Part shown: positions 1 through 15,127 of the stretch, piece by piece | Position numbering within the stretch: position 1 is the stretch's first letter | Layout: every line of letters starts with the position of its first letter | Assembly (NCBI GenBank): GCA_009914755.4 | Contig: CP086569.2 | Span: forward strand, 4,864,001-4,928,000 | Reading direction: 5' to 3' | DNA from: the human T2T-CHM13v2.0 reference genome, Homo sapiens | DNA: 64,000 nucleotides | Made by a program: the position numbers and the translations under genes | Notes under the pieces: generated by a model | What the model was told of the DNA's origin: nothing | The model's database searches: none | The model's input: only the letters and a program-made list of their open reading frames with translations

Positions 1-1250
<1,250 letters not shown>

Positions 1251-4200
1251 TCCTTGATGAACACAAATGCAAAAATCTTCAACAAAATACTAACAACTCA
1301 AATTTAACAGCACATTATAATGATCATACACCATAATCAAATGGAAATTATCCCTGAGGTGCAAGAACAGTTCAACATACACAAATCAATAAATGAGATA
1401 CACTATATTAACAGAATGAAGGATAAAAATTATAGAATCATCTCAACAGATGCAGAAAAACAATTTGACAAGCTTTACCAAATTAGGTAAAGAAAAAATA
1501 TACCTCAACATAATGAATGTCAAATATGACAAGCTAACAGATAACATCATACTCCAGTGAAAAGCTGAAATCTTTTCTGTTAAGATCAGGAGCAAGGATG
1601 TCCACTCTTGCCACTGCTAGTCAACATAGTACTGGAAATCCTAGCCAGGGCAATGAGGCAAGAGAAAGAAATAAAAGGCATCCAAATTGAAAAGAAGAAG
1701 TAAAATTGTCTCTATTGGAAGATGACATAATCTTATATACACAACACTCTAAAAACTCTGCCAAAAAAATTACTAGAATGAATAAACGAATTCAGTAAAG
1801 TCACAGGGTACAAAATCAACAGGGAAAGATCAGATGCATTTCTATACACTAACAATGAACTCTCAAAAGGAGAAATTTTAAAAGCAATACCATTTACAGT
1901 TGGGTATTAGTCTCTTCTCATTCTGGTAATATAGACATACCTGAGATTAGGTAATTTATAAAGGAAAAGGTTTAATTGACTCACAGTTCAGCATGTCAAG
2001 GACTCAGGAAACTTACAATCATGGCAGAAGAGGAAGCAAACACATCCTTCTTCACATGGCAGCAGCAAGGAGAAGTGCCTGTGAAAAGGGGGAAAAGCCC
2101 TTATAAAACCATCAGATCTCGTGAGAATTCACTCACTGTCATGAGAACAGCAGGAAGGTAACCACCCCCATTATTAAATTACCTCCCACCAGGTCTCTCC
2201 CATGACACATGGGGATTATGGGAGCTACAGTTCAAGATGAGATTTAGGTGGGGACACAGCCAAACCATGTCATTCCACCCCGGCCCCTTCCAAATCTCAT
2301 GTCCTTATGTTTCAAAACAAAATCACACCCTTCCAACAGTCCTCCAATGCCTTAACTTATTCCTGTATTAAACCAAAAGTCCATGTCCAAAAGTCTTGTC
2401 TGAGACAAGGCAAGCCCCTTCTGCCTATGAGCCTGTAAAATCAAAAGCAAGTTAGTTACTACCTACATACAATGGGTCAACAGGTGTTGGGTAAATACAT
2501 CCATTCCAAATGGGAGAAGTTGGCTAAGAGAAAGGGGCTACAGGCCCCATGCAAGTCCAAAATCCAGTGGGGCAGTCAAATCTTAAAGTTCTAAAATGAT
2601 CTCCTTTGAATCCAAGTCTCACATACAAGGTGCTGATGCAAGAGGTGAGCTCTCAATGCCTTGGGCAGCTCCATCCCTGTGGCTTTGCAGGGTACAGCCC
2701 ACCATCCTGGCTGCAATAACAGGCTGGCAATGAGTGTCTGTGGGTTTTCCAGGTGCATGATGCAAGCTGTCAATGGATCTACTATTCTGGGATCTGGAAG
2801 ACTGTGGCCCTGTTCTCACGGCTCCAGTAGGCAATACCCCAGTGGAGACTCTTTTTGGGGCCTCTTACCCCACATTTCACTTCTGCACTGCACTAGCAGA
2901 GGTTCTCCATGAGAACTCCATCCCTGCAACACACCTGTGCCTGGATATCCAGGCATTTACATATATCTTTTAAAATCTAGATAGAAGTTCCCAAACCTCA
3001 ATTCTTGGCTTCTGTGCACCTGCAGGCCTAACATTATGTGTAAGCTGCCAACCCTTGGGGCTTGCACCCTCCAAAGTAACAGCCTGAGCTATATATTGGC
3101 CCCTTTTAATCATGGCTGGGACACAGGGCATCAAGTCCCAAGACTACAGAAAGCAGCAAGGCCTTGGGTCCAGCCAAAAAAAAAAAACATTTTTCCCCCT
3201 AAGCCTCTAGGCCTGTGATGGGAGGGGCTACTGTGAAGACCTCTGACATGTCCTGGAGACATTTTCTCCATTGTCATGGCAATTAACATTTGGCTCCCTT
3301 TTTACTTATGCGAATTCCTGCTGCCAGCTTGAATTTCTTATCAGAAAATGGGTTTTTCTTTTCTATAGCATCATCAGGCTGCAAATTTTCTGAACTTTTA
3401 TGTTTTGCTTCCCTTTTCAACATAAGTTCCAATTCCAAACCATATCTTTGTGAATACATAAAACTTAATGCTTTTAACAGCACCCAAATCACCTCTTGAA
3501 TGATTTACTACTTACAGATTTCTTTTCCTGGATACCCTAAATCATCTCTTTCAAGTTCAGAGTTTCACAGATCTCTAAGGTAGGGGCAAAATGCCACCAG
3601 TCTCTTTGCTAGAGCATAGCAAAAGTCACCTTTATTTTACTTCCCAACAAATTCCCCATTTCCATCTGAGATCACCTCAGCCTGGACTTCATTGTCCATA
3701 CCACTATCAGCATTTTAGTCAAAGCCATTCACCAAGTCTCTAGGAAGTTTCAAACTTTCCCACCTCTTTCTGTCTTCTTCTGAGCCCTCCAAGCTTTTCC
3801 AGCCTCTCCCTGTTACCCATTTCCAAAATCGCTTCCACATTTTCAGTTATTTTTACAGTAGCACCCCACTCCTGGTACCAATTTACTGTATTAGTCTGTT
3901 CTCACACTGCGAATAAGGACATACCAGAGACTGGGTCATTTGTAAAGGAAAAATATTTAATCAACTCACAGTTCAGCATGGCTGGAGAAGCCTCAGGAAA
4001 CTTACAATCATGGCAGAAGTAGAAGCGAACATGTCCTTCTTCACATGGTAACAGCAAGGTGAAGTGCCAAGCGAAACAAGGAAAAGCCCCTTATAAAACC
4101 ATCAGATCTTGTGAGAACTCACTCACCATCACGAGAACAACATGAGGGTAACCAACCTCATGATTAAGTTACCTCCCACTGGGTCCCTCCCACATCATGT

Positions 4201-4570
4201 AGGGATTATGGGAACTACAATTCAAGATGAGTTTTGTCTGGGGACACAGCCAAACCATATCAAGCAACATCAAAATTAATAAATTTAGGGGCAAATTTAA
4301 CCAAGGGAGATGAAAGATCTCTACACTGAAAACTATAATGCATCAGTGAAAGAAATTAAAGAAGACATTAATAAATAGATATCCTGTGTTCTTAAATTGA
4401 AAGAATTAATATTGTTAAAATGTCCATACCATCCAAAGCAATCTATGGATTCAGTGCAAGTCCTATCAAAATGCCAATGTTACTTTTCACAGAAATATAA
4501 AAAAGAATTCTAAAATTCATATGGAACCACCAAGGACCCAGACTAGCCAATGCAAACTTGAGAAACACTG
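1251..4570 (+). mobile_element. ancient LINE-1 ORF2 (RT region) fragment, split by a nested THE1 element (L1 parts 1251-1903 and 4263-4570)
   Basis: Translation gives L1 ORF2 motifs (..[13 protein letters not shown].., ..[29 protein letters not shown]..) before the insertion. The motifs resume after it (..[42 protein letters not shown]). Confidence 0.75.
1904..4262 (-). mobile_element. full-length THE1-class MaLR (ERVL-MaLR) element: LTR 1904-2272, internal 2273-3886, LTR 3887-4262
   Basis: Two same-orientation LTRs of about 370 bp (gtattagtc...ccaaaccatatca, the reverse complement of the THE1 LTR TGATATGGTTTGG...ACTAATACA) lie 1.6 kb apart. The internal part matches THE1-int as I recall it (..ccttctgcctatgagcctgtaaaatcaaaagcaagttagttac..). 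The total length of about 2.36 kb fits a complete element. Confidence 0.8.
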
Positions 4571-6618
4571 TTTTGTTAGCAGGTCTATTATATAGTTATC
4601 AGAGTCTTGCCTAAGACTTGTTATTTATATTGCAAGGTTTTATCCAACTCTTCAGCTAGAAAGAATGCATGTCGTGTTAACCTGATGGTGCTATGTTATA
4701 TTAATGAACAATATCATTTCTTATTTGAAACCTTAGTTATTATGGCTGCATGAAGATCAAGATCACTTAGGAAGAAAACCATGATGTAACGTTACACTAT
4801 TGAGCATCACAGTCTTTGAATTAAAATAATACTTTTACATTATCTTTTCTAATTGAAAATGCTCCTGCTAAAGTGTGGGGTTTTCTTTCCAGATTTTCCT
4901 CCATCAGCAGGACTTACATGTGCTTTGTTTAGAGAGCTGACAGTTTGTACTAGAGCATACTACAGCTGTGCCTCTCTGGCCTAGCAACATGTGGTGTCAG
5001 ATGATCTTTAATGACTAGGGTACGGGCTTCAACACTTAGAATCTTTAGGAACAGCAGACAGCTCTTGAAAACAGGAGACATACATAAGGGCAGAGCTGAA
5101 GGAAACTGCTAGCGTTTAGTTTAAATGGTGCCAAACCTTACAATCATTTGTGGGTCACTGAGTTTTTTATCTTTTTACAGCTGTTTTTGAGTATCAGTGA
5201 CAGATAATTTGTAATAGCATTAACATTTTAACAATGCATGAAAAAAGGAAGTATTTTCTTTACTTTTGCATTCAGTAATTTAATGTACATTCAGCTCTTT
5301 AAAAGAACAGAGGATAAACTTAAAGTTATTGGAACTAGAGGAAAGTTACGACAATCCTTTATTTTAATGACTTATAATGGAAGTGGGAGATAATATAAAA
5401 GACAATGCATGAGAAAGCTGAATATGGAATAATAATAGAAATTACAGTGGTTAAGAAGATTGTTTTTAATTTATCCTGTTTGACAGAGTAAGTTACATTT
5501 GAGAGCACACAAGAGTAGAAAAGTTCATTCATACAAACACTGTGTATCACACAATGTATTATTTTTGTATGTCAAGCATGCAGGTGGGCCCTTGAAAATT
5601 CCATTTTTGACTTCTTTTTTTTTCCTTTTTATTCACAGCCAAAATAACAATTAGAGGCCATGTACATTAGATGTGCAATTCCCAGCTCTGGCTTTGTTGA
5701 CAGCAGACATTAGGTAGAGTGGAGTGTCTTCTAGACACACTTGTGAGTTAAACTTAATTTATAGAGGAGGGAACAATTAAGGGACTTGACAATGAAGTCA
5801 TTTTTACAATTTATGAAACCTGATTTCTTTGTCCCAGCTTAAGATGAATTGACTCTCCATTGATGTTTCTTTATATCTATCTCTTAATAAAAGATCTTGT
5901 TCAATTAATAAAATTCTTTAAACAACTATTAGCTATCACTTTAAGAAGTTAAACATTGGCTTACAAGAGAAAGGAAGTCTATTAAAACCATACATTTGAT
6001 TTTCTCTAATTTTTAGAAGCCCACATTTTGTCAGTTGAAAGTGTCCGCAAAACAGCAGGGGTTTGGTCTAGGTTCTGCTACTCACTGCACAGAAAGCCAA
6101 TGACTGAGATGACAAGTATTACCAAGGAGGAAGGAAGAAGGCTTTAATTGGGTGCTGCAGCCAAGGAGATGGGAGCTCAGTCTTAAATCCCTCTCCTTGA
6201 CTGTCTAAAATTAGGTTTTTATATAGTGGGGAAGAAATGTAACAATATTAGAAGATAGGAACTAGAGAGGGGCAAGGAAACAATCATGATGAATGAGGGA
6301 TCTGGCATCTCATTATCTGGATGCTCTGATCTGGTGAGTTTCAGTTCTTTGATTTTTTTTTTTTTCTGAGAGGCCTGAACATCATTTCCTGAGGAAGGAA
6401 TGCAGATAAAACAAATATAAGTTTCAAGCTTTAAGACCAGAAGGATCAATATCTATGTTTACCCAAAAACAACTGTCTGTGGGACTATTGGGTCAGTTTC
6501 AAGAGAATGAATTTCAAGAGAAAGAATATTTGATGCTTTTGGAGGCAAAATTAACTTATTCAGAATACTATTTCCTAGAATATAAAGAGATGTGTTATTC
6601 AACTAAAGAATAGTTTGT

Positions 6619-6870
6619 GTTCTCACTCATAAGTGGGAGTTGAACAATGAGAACGCATGGACACAGGCAGGGGAACATCACACACCGGGGCCTGTCGGGG
6701 GTGGGGGCTGGGGGAGGGATAGCATTAGGAGAAATGCCTAATGTCAATGACGAGTTGATGGGTGCAGCAAACCAACACGGCACATGTATACCTGTGTAAC
6801 ATACCTGCACGTTGTGCACATGTACCCCAGAACTTAAAGTAAAATTTAAAAAATAAATAAAATAATAAAA
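6619..6870 (+). mobile_element. 5'-truncated L1PA 3'UTR fragment with A-rich tail; 14-bp TSD AAAGAATAGTTTGT at 6605-6618 and 6964-6977
   Basis: The sequence gttctcactcataagtgggagttgaacaatgagaac...cacatgtaccccagaacttaaagtaaaat is the L1 3' terminus. Identical 14-mers flank the insert. Confidence 0.85.
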
Positions 6871-6963
6871 TTGCCTTTCAAAAAACAAAAAAAGAAATAT
6901 TGAAAAGCTACCCAGTATTTTAACAGGCACGTATTTTTAAAATAAATTTTATTGCATAAAAAA
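6871..6963 (+). other. about 85 bp of non-L1 sequence followed by a second A-run, lying inside the TSD: candidate L1 3' transduction
   Basis: After the first A-rich tail (6841-6870) comes a unique stretch, ttgcctttcaaaaaacaaaaaaagaaatattgaaaagctacccagtattttaacaggcacgtatttttaaaataaattttattgcat. It is followed by (A)11 and then the downstream TSD copy. Confidence 0.35.
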
Positions 6964-6984
6964 AAAGAATAGTTTGTTGGGTGA

Positions 6985-7335
6985 AAGGGAATTAATTTTA
7001 TTTTATTATTTTTAAATTTTACTTTAAGTTCCAGGATACATGTGCAGACCGTGCAGGTTTGTCACATAGCTATACATGTGCCATGGTGGTTTGCTGCACC
7101 TATCAGCCTGTCATCTGGCTTTTAAGCCCCGCATACATTAAATATTTGTCCTAATGCTCTCCTTCTCCTCAACCCCCACCCCCCACCCCCCGACTGGCCC
7201 CAATGTGTGTTGTTCCCATTTCTGTGTCCATGTGTTCTGATTGTTCAACCCCCACTTATGAGTAAGAACATGCGGTGTTTGGTTTTCTGTTCCTGTGTTA
7301 GTTTGCTGAGGATGATGGCTTCCAGCTTCATCCAA
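6985..7335 (-). mobile_element. L1PA 3' end fragment in opposite orientation, tail-to-tail with 6619-6870
   Basis: The reverse complement of the L1 3'UTR is present, ...actttaagttccaggatacatgtgcagaccgtgcaggtttgtcacatagctatacatgtgccatggtggtttgctgcacc.. through ..cccacttatgagtaagaacatgcggtgtttggttttc. Confidence 0.8.
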
Positions 7336-7450
7336 GGAGAGATGTTGGAAGGGACCTATTTAGTGTCATTGTTTTCTCCCCTTTTTTTGTCTGTTACCAG
7401 TGTGTAGTTGTTAGGATGCTGTGAACAGGCTGTATGAGAATGCTCTAAGA

Positions 7451-7800
7451 CAGGGGTCCCCAAACCGTGGGCCATGGACCGGTACCTATCCATGGCCTGT
7501 TAGGAACCAGGCTGCACAGCAGGAGGTGAGCAGTGGCAAGCGCGCATTACCGCCTGAACTTCACCTCCTGTCAGATCAGCAGCGTCATTAAATTCTCACA
7601 GGAGCTCAAACCCTATTGTGAACTGCTCAAAGGATCTAGATTGTGCACTTCTTATGAGAAATCTAGCTAATGCCTAATTATCTGAGGTGGAATAGTTTCA
7701 TCCTGAAACCATTATCCACCCACCCACCCCCACTCTCCAACCATGGAAAATTGTCTTCTACGAAACCAGTCCCTGGTGCCAAAAAGGTTGGGGACCACTG
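7451..7800. mobile_element. non-autonomous DNA transposon (MITE) with terminal inverted repeats CAGGGGTCCCCAA.../...TTGGGGACCACTG; family not assigned
   Basis: About 13-bp inverted termini are present. The internal sequence (..gttaggaaccaggctgcacagcaggaggtgagcagtgg..cattaaattctcacaggagc..) matches a common human TIR element that I recognise but cannot name with confidence. Confidence 0.5.
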
Positions 7801-9696
7801 TGGTAGGAGAAGGAGATAAGCAGAAATATTTCCTTGTTTCCAACTGAGCGTTCAACCTTCCCAGAGAGCTGACAAAGTAGAAAAAAGGAAGACCCCCCCT
7901 AGCAACATCATATGAGTACAAATTTTAAATTTAAGAGTACTTTATTCTGTTGTCTCTATTTATACAGATTAATATTTAACTTTTTAATAACTATATTAGC
8001 AGGAACAACTTAGTTGTACAACAAATCTCTCAAAATAATACTGCTTGTTATAATTTAAAGAGCATCTTTATATTCTCTTCTTTCATTAACAAGGCTGAAA
8101 GGAAATATTACTCTGATTTTAGTGATGAGAAATTTATACTCAGAGATTTAGCCTTTTCACCCAGCTAATAAAGGGTAATGCCAGAACTTGAACAATGTCT
8201 TCTGAATGCGAGCCATTTGCTTTTGTTTCACGTCTGGTTCTATAAAGTGAATTGCAGTTTTGAGTAGTGCAGTGAATTGAAAAGCAAGCCTTCAAATATG
8301 AGTTGATTTTTAAGAATCAACTCTTCACTGTAATAGAAAATCTTCACATTTATTTTTTAAAATTTGATTACACAACATAGTAGGGTTTTTTCCTGCAGAG
8401 TGGATTTAGGATGAAAGGTTAAGTTTTCTTTATATTTCCTTCTGTGCTGTTTTAATATTTTTTTCAATAGGTTCACACTGTTAAGTACTTATATTCAAAC
8501 AATAAAATAACAATAGAAATATTTCAGATTTGTAAATAGTCTTTTTCTCTCCCAAAATACCACCACATTTGTAATTTTTTCTTTAGTTTGTTATCCTGTC
8601 TCACAGTTAAAGCGACTGAGTCACAAGCAAATAAAGAGTGTTGGCCAACGTCTCATGGCTAGTTTGTGTACAGCACAAATCTCAGGTTCCTGATTTTAGG
8701 CTAGAGCTCTTTGGACAGCAAAAGTGATTTATTTATTTTTCTTTCAAATATCCCCTCTTTTAGTCTTAGCTTAATTTTTCTGAGGCTAATAAGACTTTAT
8801 AATAATGCATTTCAGGTATGCTTAACCATTTATCATTACATGTTACAGAATGACCTGATGACATGAAAAGTGTGCATGTATCTTTTAAGAAGTTTTTTCA
8901 ACTCCAGAAGAACTTATCAATTTGCAAATGTCTAATTCACCATGCCACATTGAAATATTGCAATAAAACATTGTGATTTATAACACCATATTGTTATAAA
9001 TCTAAAAATGGGTGACTTAGTTTAGTCATATTTTGTAGGTTCAAATGCAACATATATGTATAACATGGAATTATTGTTAATGTTGGTAGACATCAATGCA
9101 GCTTAGAACTAAAAAAAGGCACGTCTTAATTTCTCTTAGAAAGTCCGAAATCTTACTTTTAGCAATGAAGTTTCACATCCTAATTGAAATATAAACAGAA
9201 AAGATGTGTGTTTTCTTTCCCAGCTCTTTTCCATTTGCATGATTATAGATTCTGACAGACGCAAAATATTTATGTATTCAGTGACACCTCTTTTAATTAA
9301 AACACTATACAGTATGAGGGTATAATACCAGACCTCTCATTATTACCCAAAGGAATGTAGTTGGTATAAAAAATAGTTGGTTAAAAAGTGATTACCTCAG
9401 AAAGGGTGGCTTAATTATATGAGCATTTGCTTGACTCTGGAGAATACTTTGCAAGCCCAAGGACAACATTTACAAGTATAACCACAACTTTTCTTGTACC
9501 AATTTACACTATAAAATTAGTATCCAAACAAGTCTTTGCTCACTTTATGTGGATTACTTGGAAAATAGTGTCTTGTTAGATTAAAAAAAAAGTGATTGTT
9601 TAAAAAAGTAGCATCACATTAGTAAAATTCAAGATATTGTTTAGAATTTACTAAGCGTCAAGGTAGTGAAGATGATCAAAGAAGGATCACCATACG

Positions 9697-9994
9697 CTAG
9701 ACATGGTGGCTCACACCAGTAATGCCAACACTTTGGGAGTCTGAAGGTGGGAGGGTCGCTTGAGCCCAGGAGTTTAGAACAGCCTGGGCAACATAGCGAG
9801 ACTCTTTCTCTACAAAAAATAAAAAATTACCAGGGCGTGGTGGTATGCTCCTGTGTCCCAACTACTCGGGAGCCTGAAGTGGAAGGATCACTTGAGCTTA
9901 GGTGGTTGAGGCTGCAGTGAGCAGTGACTGTGCCACTGCACTGCAACCTGGGTGACTGAGTCACCCTTGTCTCAAAAAAAAAAAAAAAAAAAAA
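9697..9994 (+). mobile_element. Alu SINE
   Basis: The body reads ..catggtggctcacaccagtaatgccaacactttgggag...ccactgcactgcaacctgggtgactgagtcacccttgtctc followed by (A)22. Confidence 0.9.
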
Positions 9995-10155
9995 GGAAAA
10001 AAGCAAAAGCAAAAGGGATCATCGTGTTTGGCAGCATGGCTTGGTGGAGAGTGCGGCCTAGAATCCTGATTCCGCCAGTTCTTTTTATGTGACTTGGGTA
10101 ATTTATTGAATCCCACTAAGGTTCAGCTTCCTCATTTGTAAAATAAGTAAAATAA

Positions 10156-10681
10156 TGTGTCCGGAATTGGTTCTTTCCGGTGGGTTCTTGGTCTCGCTGA
10201 GTTCAAGAAGCTGCAGACCTTCACAGTGAGTGTTACAGCTCTTTAAGGCGGTGTGGACCCAAAAAGTGAGCAGCAGCAAGATTTACTGCGCACAGTGAAA
10301 GAACAAAGCTTCCACCACGTGGAAGGGGACCCCAGCGGGTTGCCACTGCTGGCGAGGGTGGCCTGCTTTTATTGCCTTATTTGGCCCCACCCACATCCTG
10401 CTGATTGGTCCATTTTACAGAGAGCTGATTGATCCATTTTACAGAATGCTGATTGGTCCATTTTGACAGCGTGCTGATTGGTGTATTTACAATCCTTTAG
10501 CTAGATAGAAAAGTTCTCCAAGTCCCCTACCCGATTAGTTAGACACAGAGCCCTGATTGGTGCGTTTACAAACCTTTAACTAGACACAGAATGCTGATTG
10601 GTGTGTTTACAATCTTTTAGCTAGACAGAAAAGTTCTCCAAGTCTCCACCCAACCCAGAAGCCCAGCCACTTCACCTCTCA
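10156..10681 (+). mobile_element. solo LTR of the LTR12 (ERV9) family, short form; TG...CA termini; 4-bp TSD ATAA
   Basis: The 5' part reads ggtgggttcttggtctcgctgagttcaagaagctgcagaccttcacagtgagtgttacagctc..gtgtggacccaaaaagtgagcagcagcaagattta.. . It is followed by tandem units (gctgattggtgcgtttacaaacctttaactagacacagaatgctgattggtgtgtttacaatcttttagctagacagaaaagttctccaagtctccac) that are characteristic of the LTR12 U3 region. ATAA flanks both ends. Confidence 0.7.
10380..10640 (+). promoter_or_regulatory. array of 7 ATTGG (inverted CCAAT) motifs in the LTR12 U3 tandem repeats; potential NF-Y-dependent cryptic promoter/enhancer
   Basis: The motif ctgattggt recurs at about 35-45 bp spacing. LTR12 elements are known to act as NF-Y-dependent, epigenetically silenced promoters. 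Confidence 0.4.
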
Positions 10682-12035
10682 ATAATACCTCTCTTACTTG
10701 GCTTTAATGAAAATTAGCAATAAGATAAAAGTTCCTAGTGCAGCACCTCATAGTGCAGCCGCTCCTAGGCACTGAATAAAGTTAGTTCTGATGATTATTC
10801 TGCCTTTCGAAAACTTCAGGTGCAATAAAAAATGATGCAACAGGAAAATATTCAGGTTCTGCATCTAAAAATTAAGATATAGTGATACGTACCTTACTGA
10901 AATAGGGTGATATGGTGAAGCACCTAACACAATGTTGGACCTCATAAGCTTTCAATGATTGTTCATTACTTTCAGATTTTCAATGAGCTATAAAGACAAA
11001 ATGCAAATGAAATTGAAAGGCATTGTCAACCATAGCGTCATGCAGATGCTACTTAATATAACTTTAAAATACATAGAAATTTTAATAAGTTTGTTCCCTT
11101 AGGAAAATAGCTAAGGAAAAATGCATAATTACCTGCTCTTTACTTATTTTCACTATTTAATAAAGCATTACAGGAAAGGTAAGAGTTGTATAGCTCAAGT
11201 AAGCAAAGAAAGCTTTCTTTTCTTTTTGATTTTGCACTTGGGGAATTTTTCTTGATCTTCTTCTTCAAAAGGAGCAGAGAATTCATTTATGTGTACCTGG
11301 GGTCTTGATTATTACAAAAAAAAAGAAGAAACTGAACAACTTTGCATACTTTAGTAAAACAAAATAATTCAATTAAGCTTATTCAGGGCATCTTGGTGTT
11401 TTAGCAAAGTTGAAAAGGACACTTGACTCTTGTTAAGGGGAGCTCTGTAGACATTTATGTCTGGGGGAATATGTTACTCAGTTTGCAGCATGATAATAAG
11501 CTCTAAACCAGGGAACTATATCAGTTGCATAGACAATGAATCCAGTCTGGAAGATAAATTGTTCACTGAGGGTAAGGTGGCTGAATTTCTGATATAAGTG
11601 GCCATATAATCATGAGAGCTTTACCTCTAATAAAAACATATATTTGGTTCTTAAAAAACAGTCACCTTATCTTTAATGAGCAATTTGACTTTTAGGCTTA
11701 ATGCATTAGTCTCTTAAGTGACAAATTTTTGTCTGTGCTAACAACTAGTTGGCAGAATTTTGACAGTGAACAGAAGCTGTCAGACAAACCCATAATATTT
11801 CCTCCAGTAGCTGATCTGTTCAATTTCAAGCATTGAAAGCTTATGTAAAACATGGAGAGAACTTGTTTTATGGTTTCTGGGATAATTTTTTTATATTGCT
11901 TGATAAGCTCTAAATGAACAAGTATCTACATGTAAGACATACTTTAGAAATAAAACTACCTGAAATGGTGGTTGCCAGCATTTGAGAGTTGGGGTATTGG
12001 GGAGATGTTTGTCAAAGGACACAAACTTTTAATTA

Positions 12036-13547
<1,512 letters not shown>

Positions 13548-13626
13548 GGTGACAGATTGTAAGTGTTCTCACCACACAAAAAATGATAAGTATGTGAGCT
13601 AATGTGTGTTAAATAGCTTGATTTAG

Positions 13627-14115
<489 letters not shown>

Positions 14116-14803
14116 TAGGAGAAAACTTTTTATAAATCTGGAAAAAAATATTTTTTTATATAATAGCAAAGCTTTAAGAATGTTAAAATGTAAATGGATG
14201 ACTGATTAACTGTATATCAGTGTCAGCCAGTTATACATGATTTATTTTTATTAATTGTAGATAAATCTCACCATTATCTATACATGATTTACTTAGATAT
14301 TTATATATTAATTATCTTGAGAAATATATAAAAGCTCTCATTAAAGAAAAATCATCAATTTTGTGTTAAGTGACAGTGAGTGCAAAGTATAGAGACTGTT
14401 AGAAATTGATAACCTTTGTGGTGCACCATAAATGGGATTAGCAGTGTCAGTGGTGTGGTTGTGACTGTTTTGCAAGTGGTCAGGGTTTGCTCATTGAGAA
14501 GGTAGAATATGGAGCCCACATTTAATGTGGTAAGGGATTTTGTCAAGTAAATATCCAGGGGAATAATCTTCCTGCAGAGGGAATAACTAAGAGTTATATA
14601 AAAACATTACAGGTATGTTCAAGGAATCGTAAGGTGTTCAGTGTGGCTAAAGCAACTTGAACTAGGGGGCAGTGATAGGAGAGGAAATGACAGGGAAGAT
14701 GGTGGTGGCAAGGGAGATATTTGGAAAGGCCTTATAAGAAGCTACAATGGCCTGATTCCAAGTAAAACATGGAGACATGGCAGGCCTTTGCCTAGAGGCA
14801 TGA

Positions 14804-15127
<324 letters not shown>

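Larger units (their letters stand above)
10030..10810 (+). mobile_element. MIR SINE relic split by the LTR12 insertion (MIR parts about 10030-10155 and 10682-10810)
   Basis: The segment ggcttggtggagagtgcggcctagaatcctgattccgcc..cttgggtaatttattgaatc..cagcttcctcatttgtaaaataag is MIR-like. After the LTR the MIR resumes as aataatacctc..ttaatgaaaattagcaataagataaaag..agcacctcatagtgcagc..cactgaataaagttagttctgatgattatt. Confidence 0.55.

Noticed and set aside
10380-10640. Regularly spaced 35-45-bp direct repeats, considered as a CRISPR-like array
   Set aside because: This is eukaryotic (primate) DNA. The repeats are the U3 tandem repeats of an LTR12 retroviral LTR, with ATTGG boxes. They have no unique spacers and no cas context.
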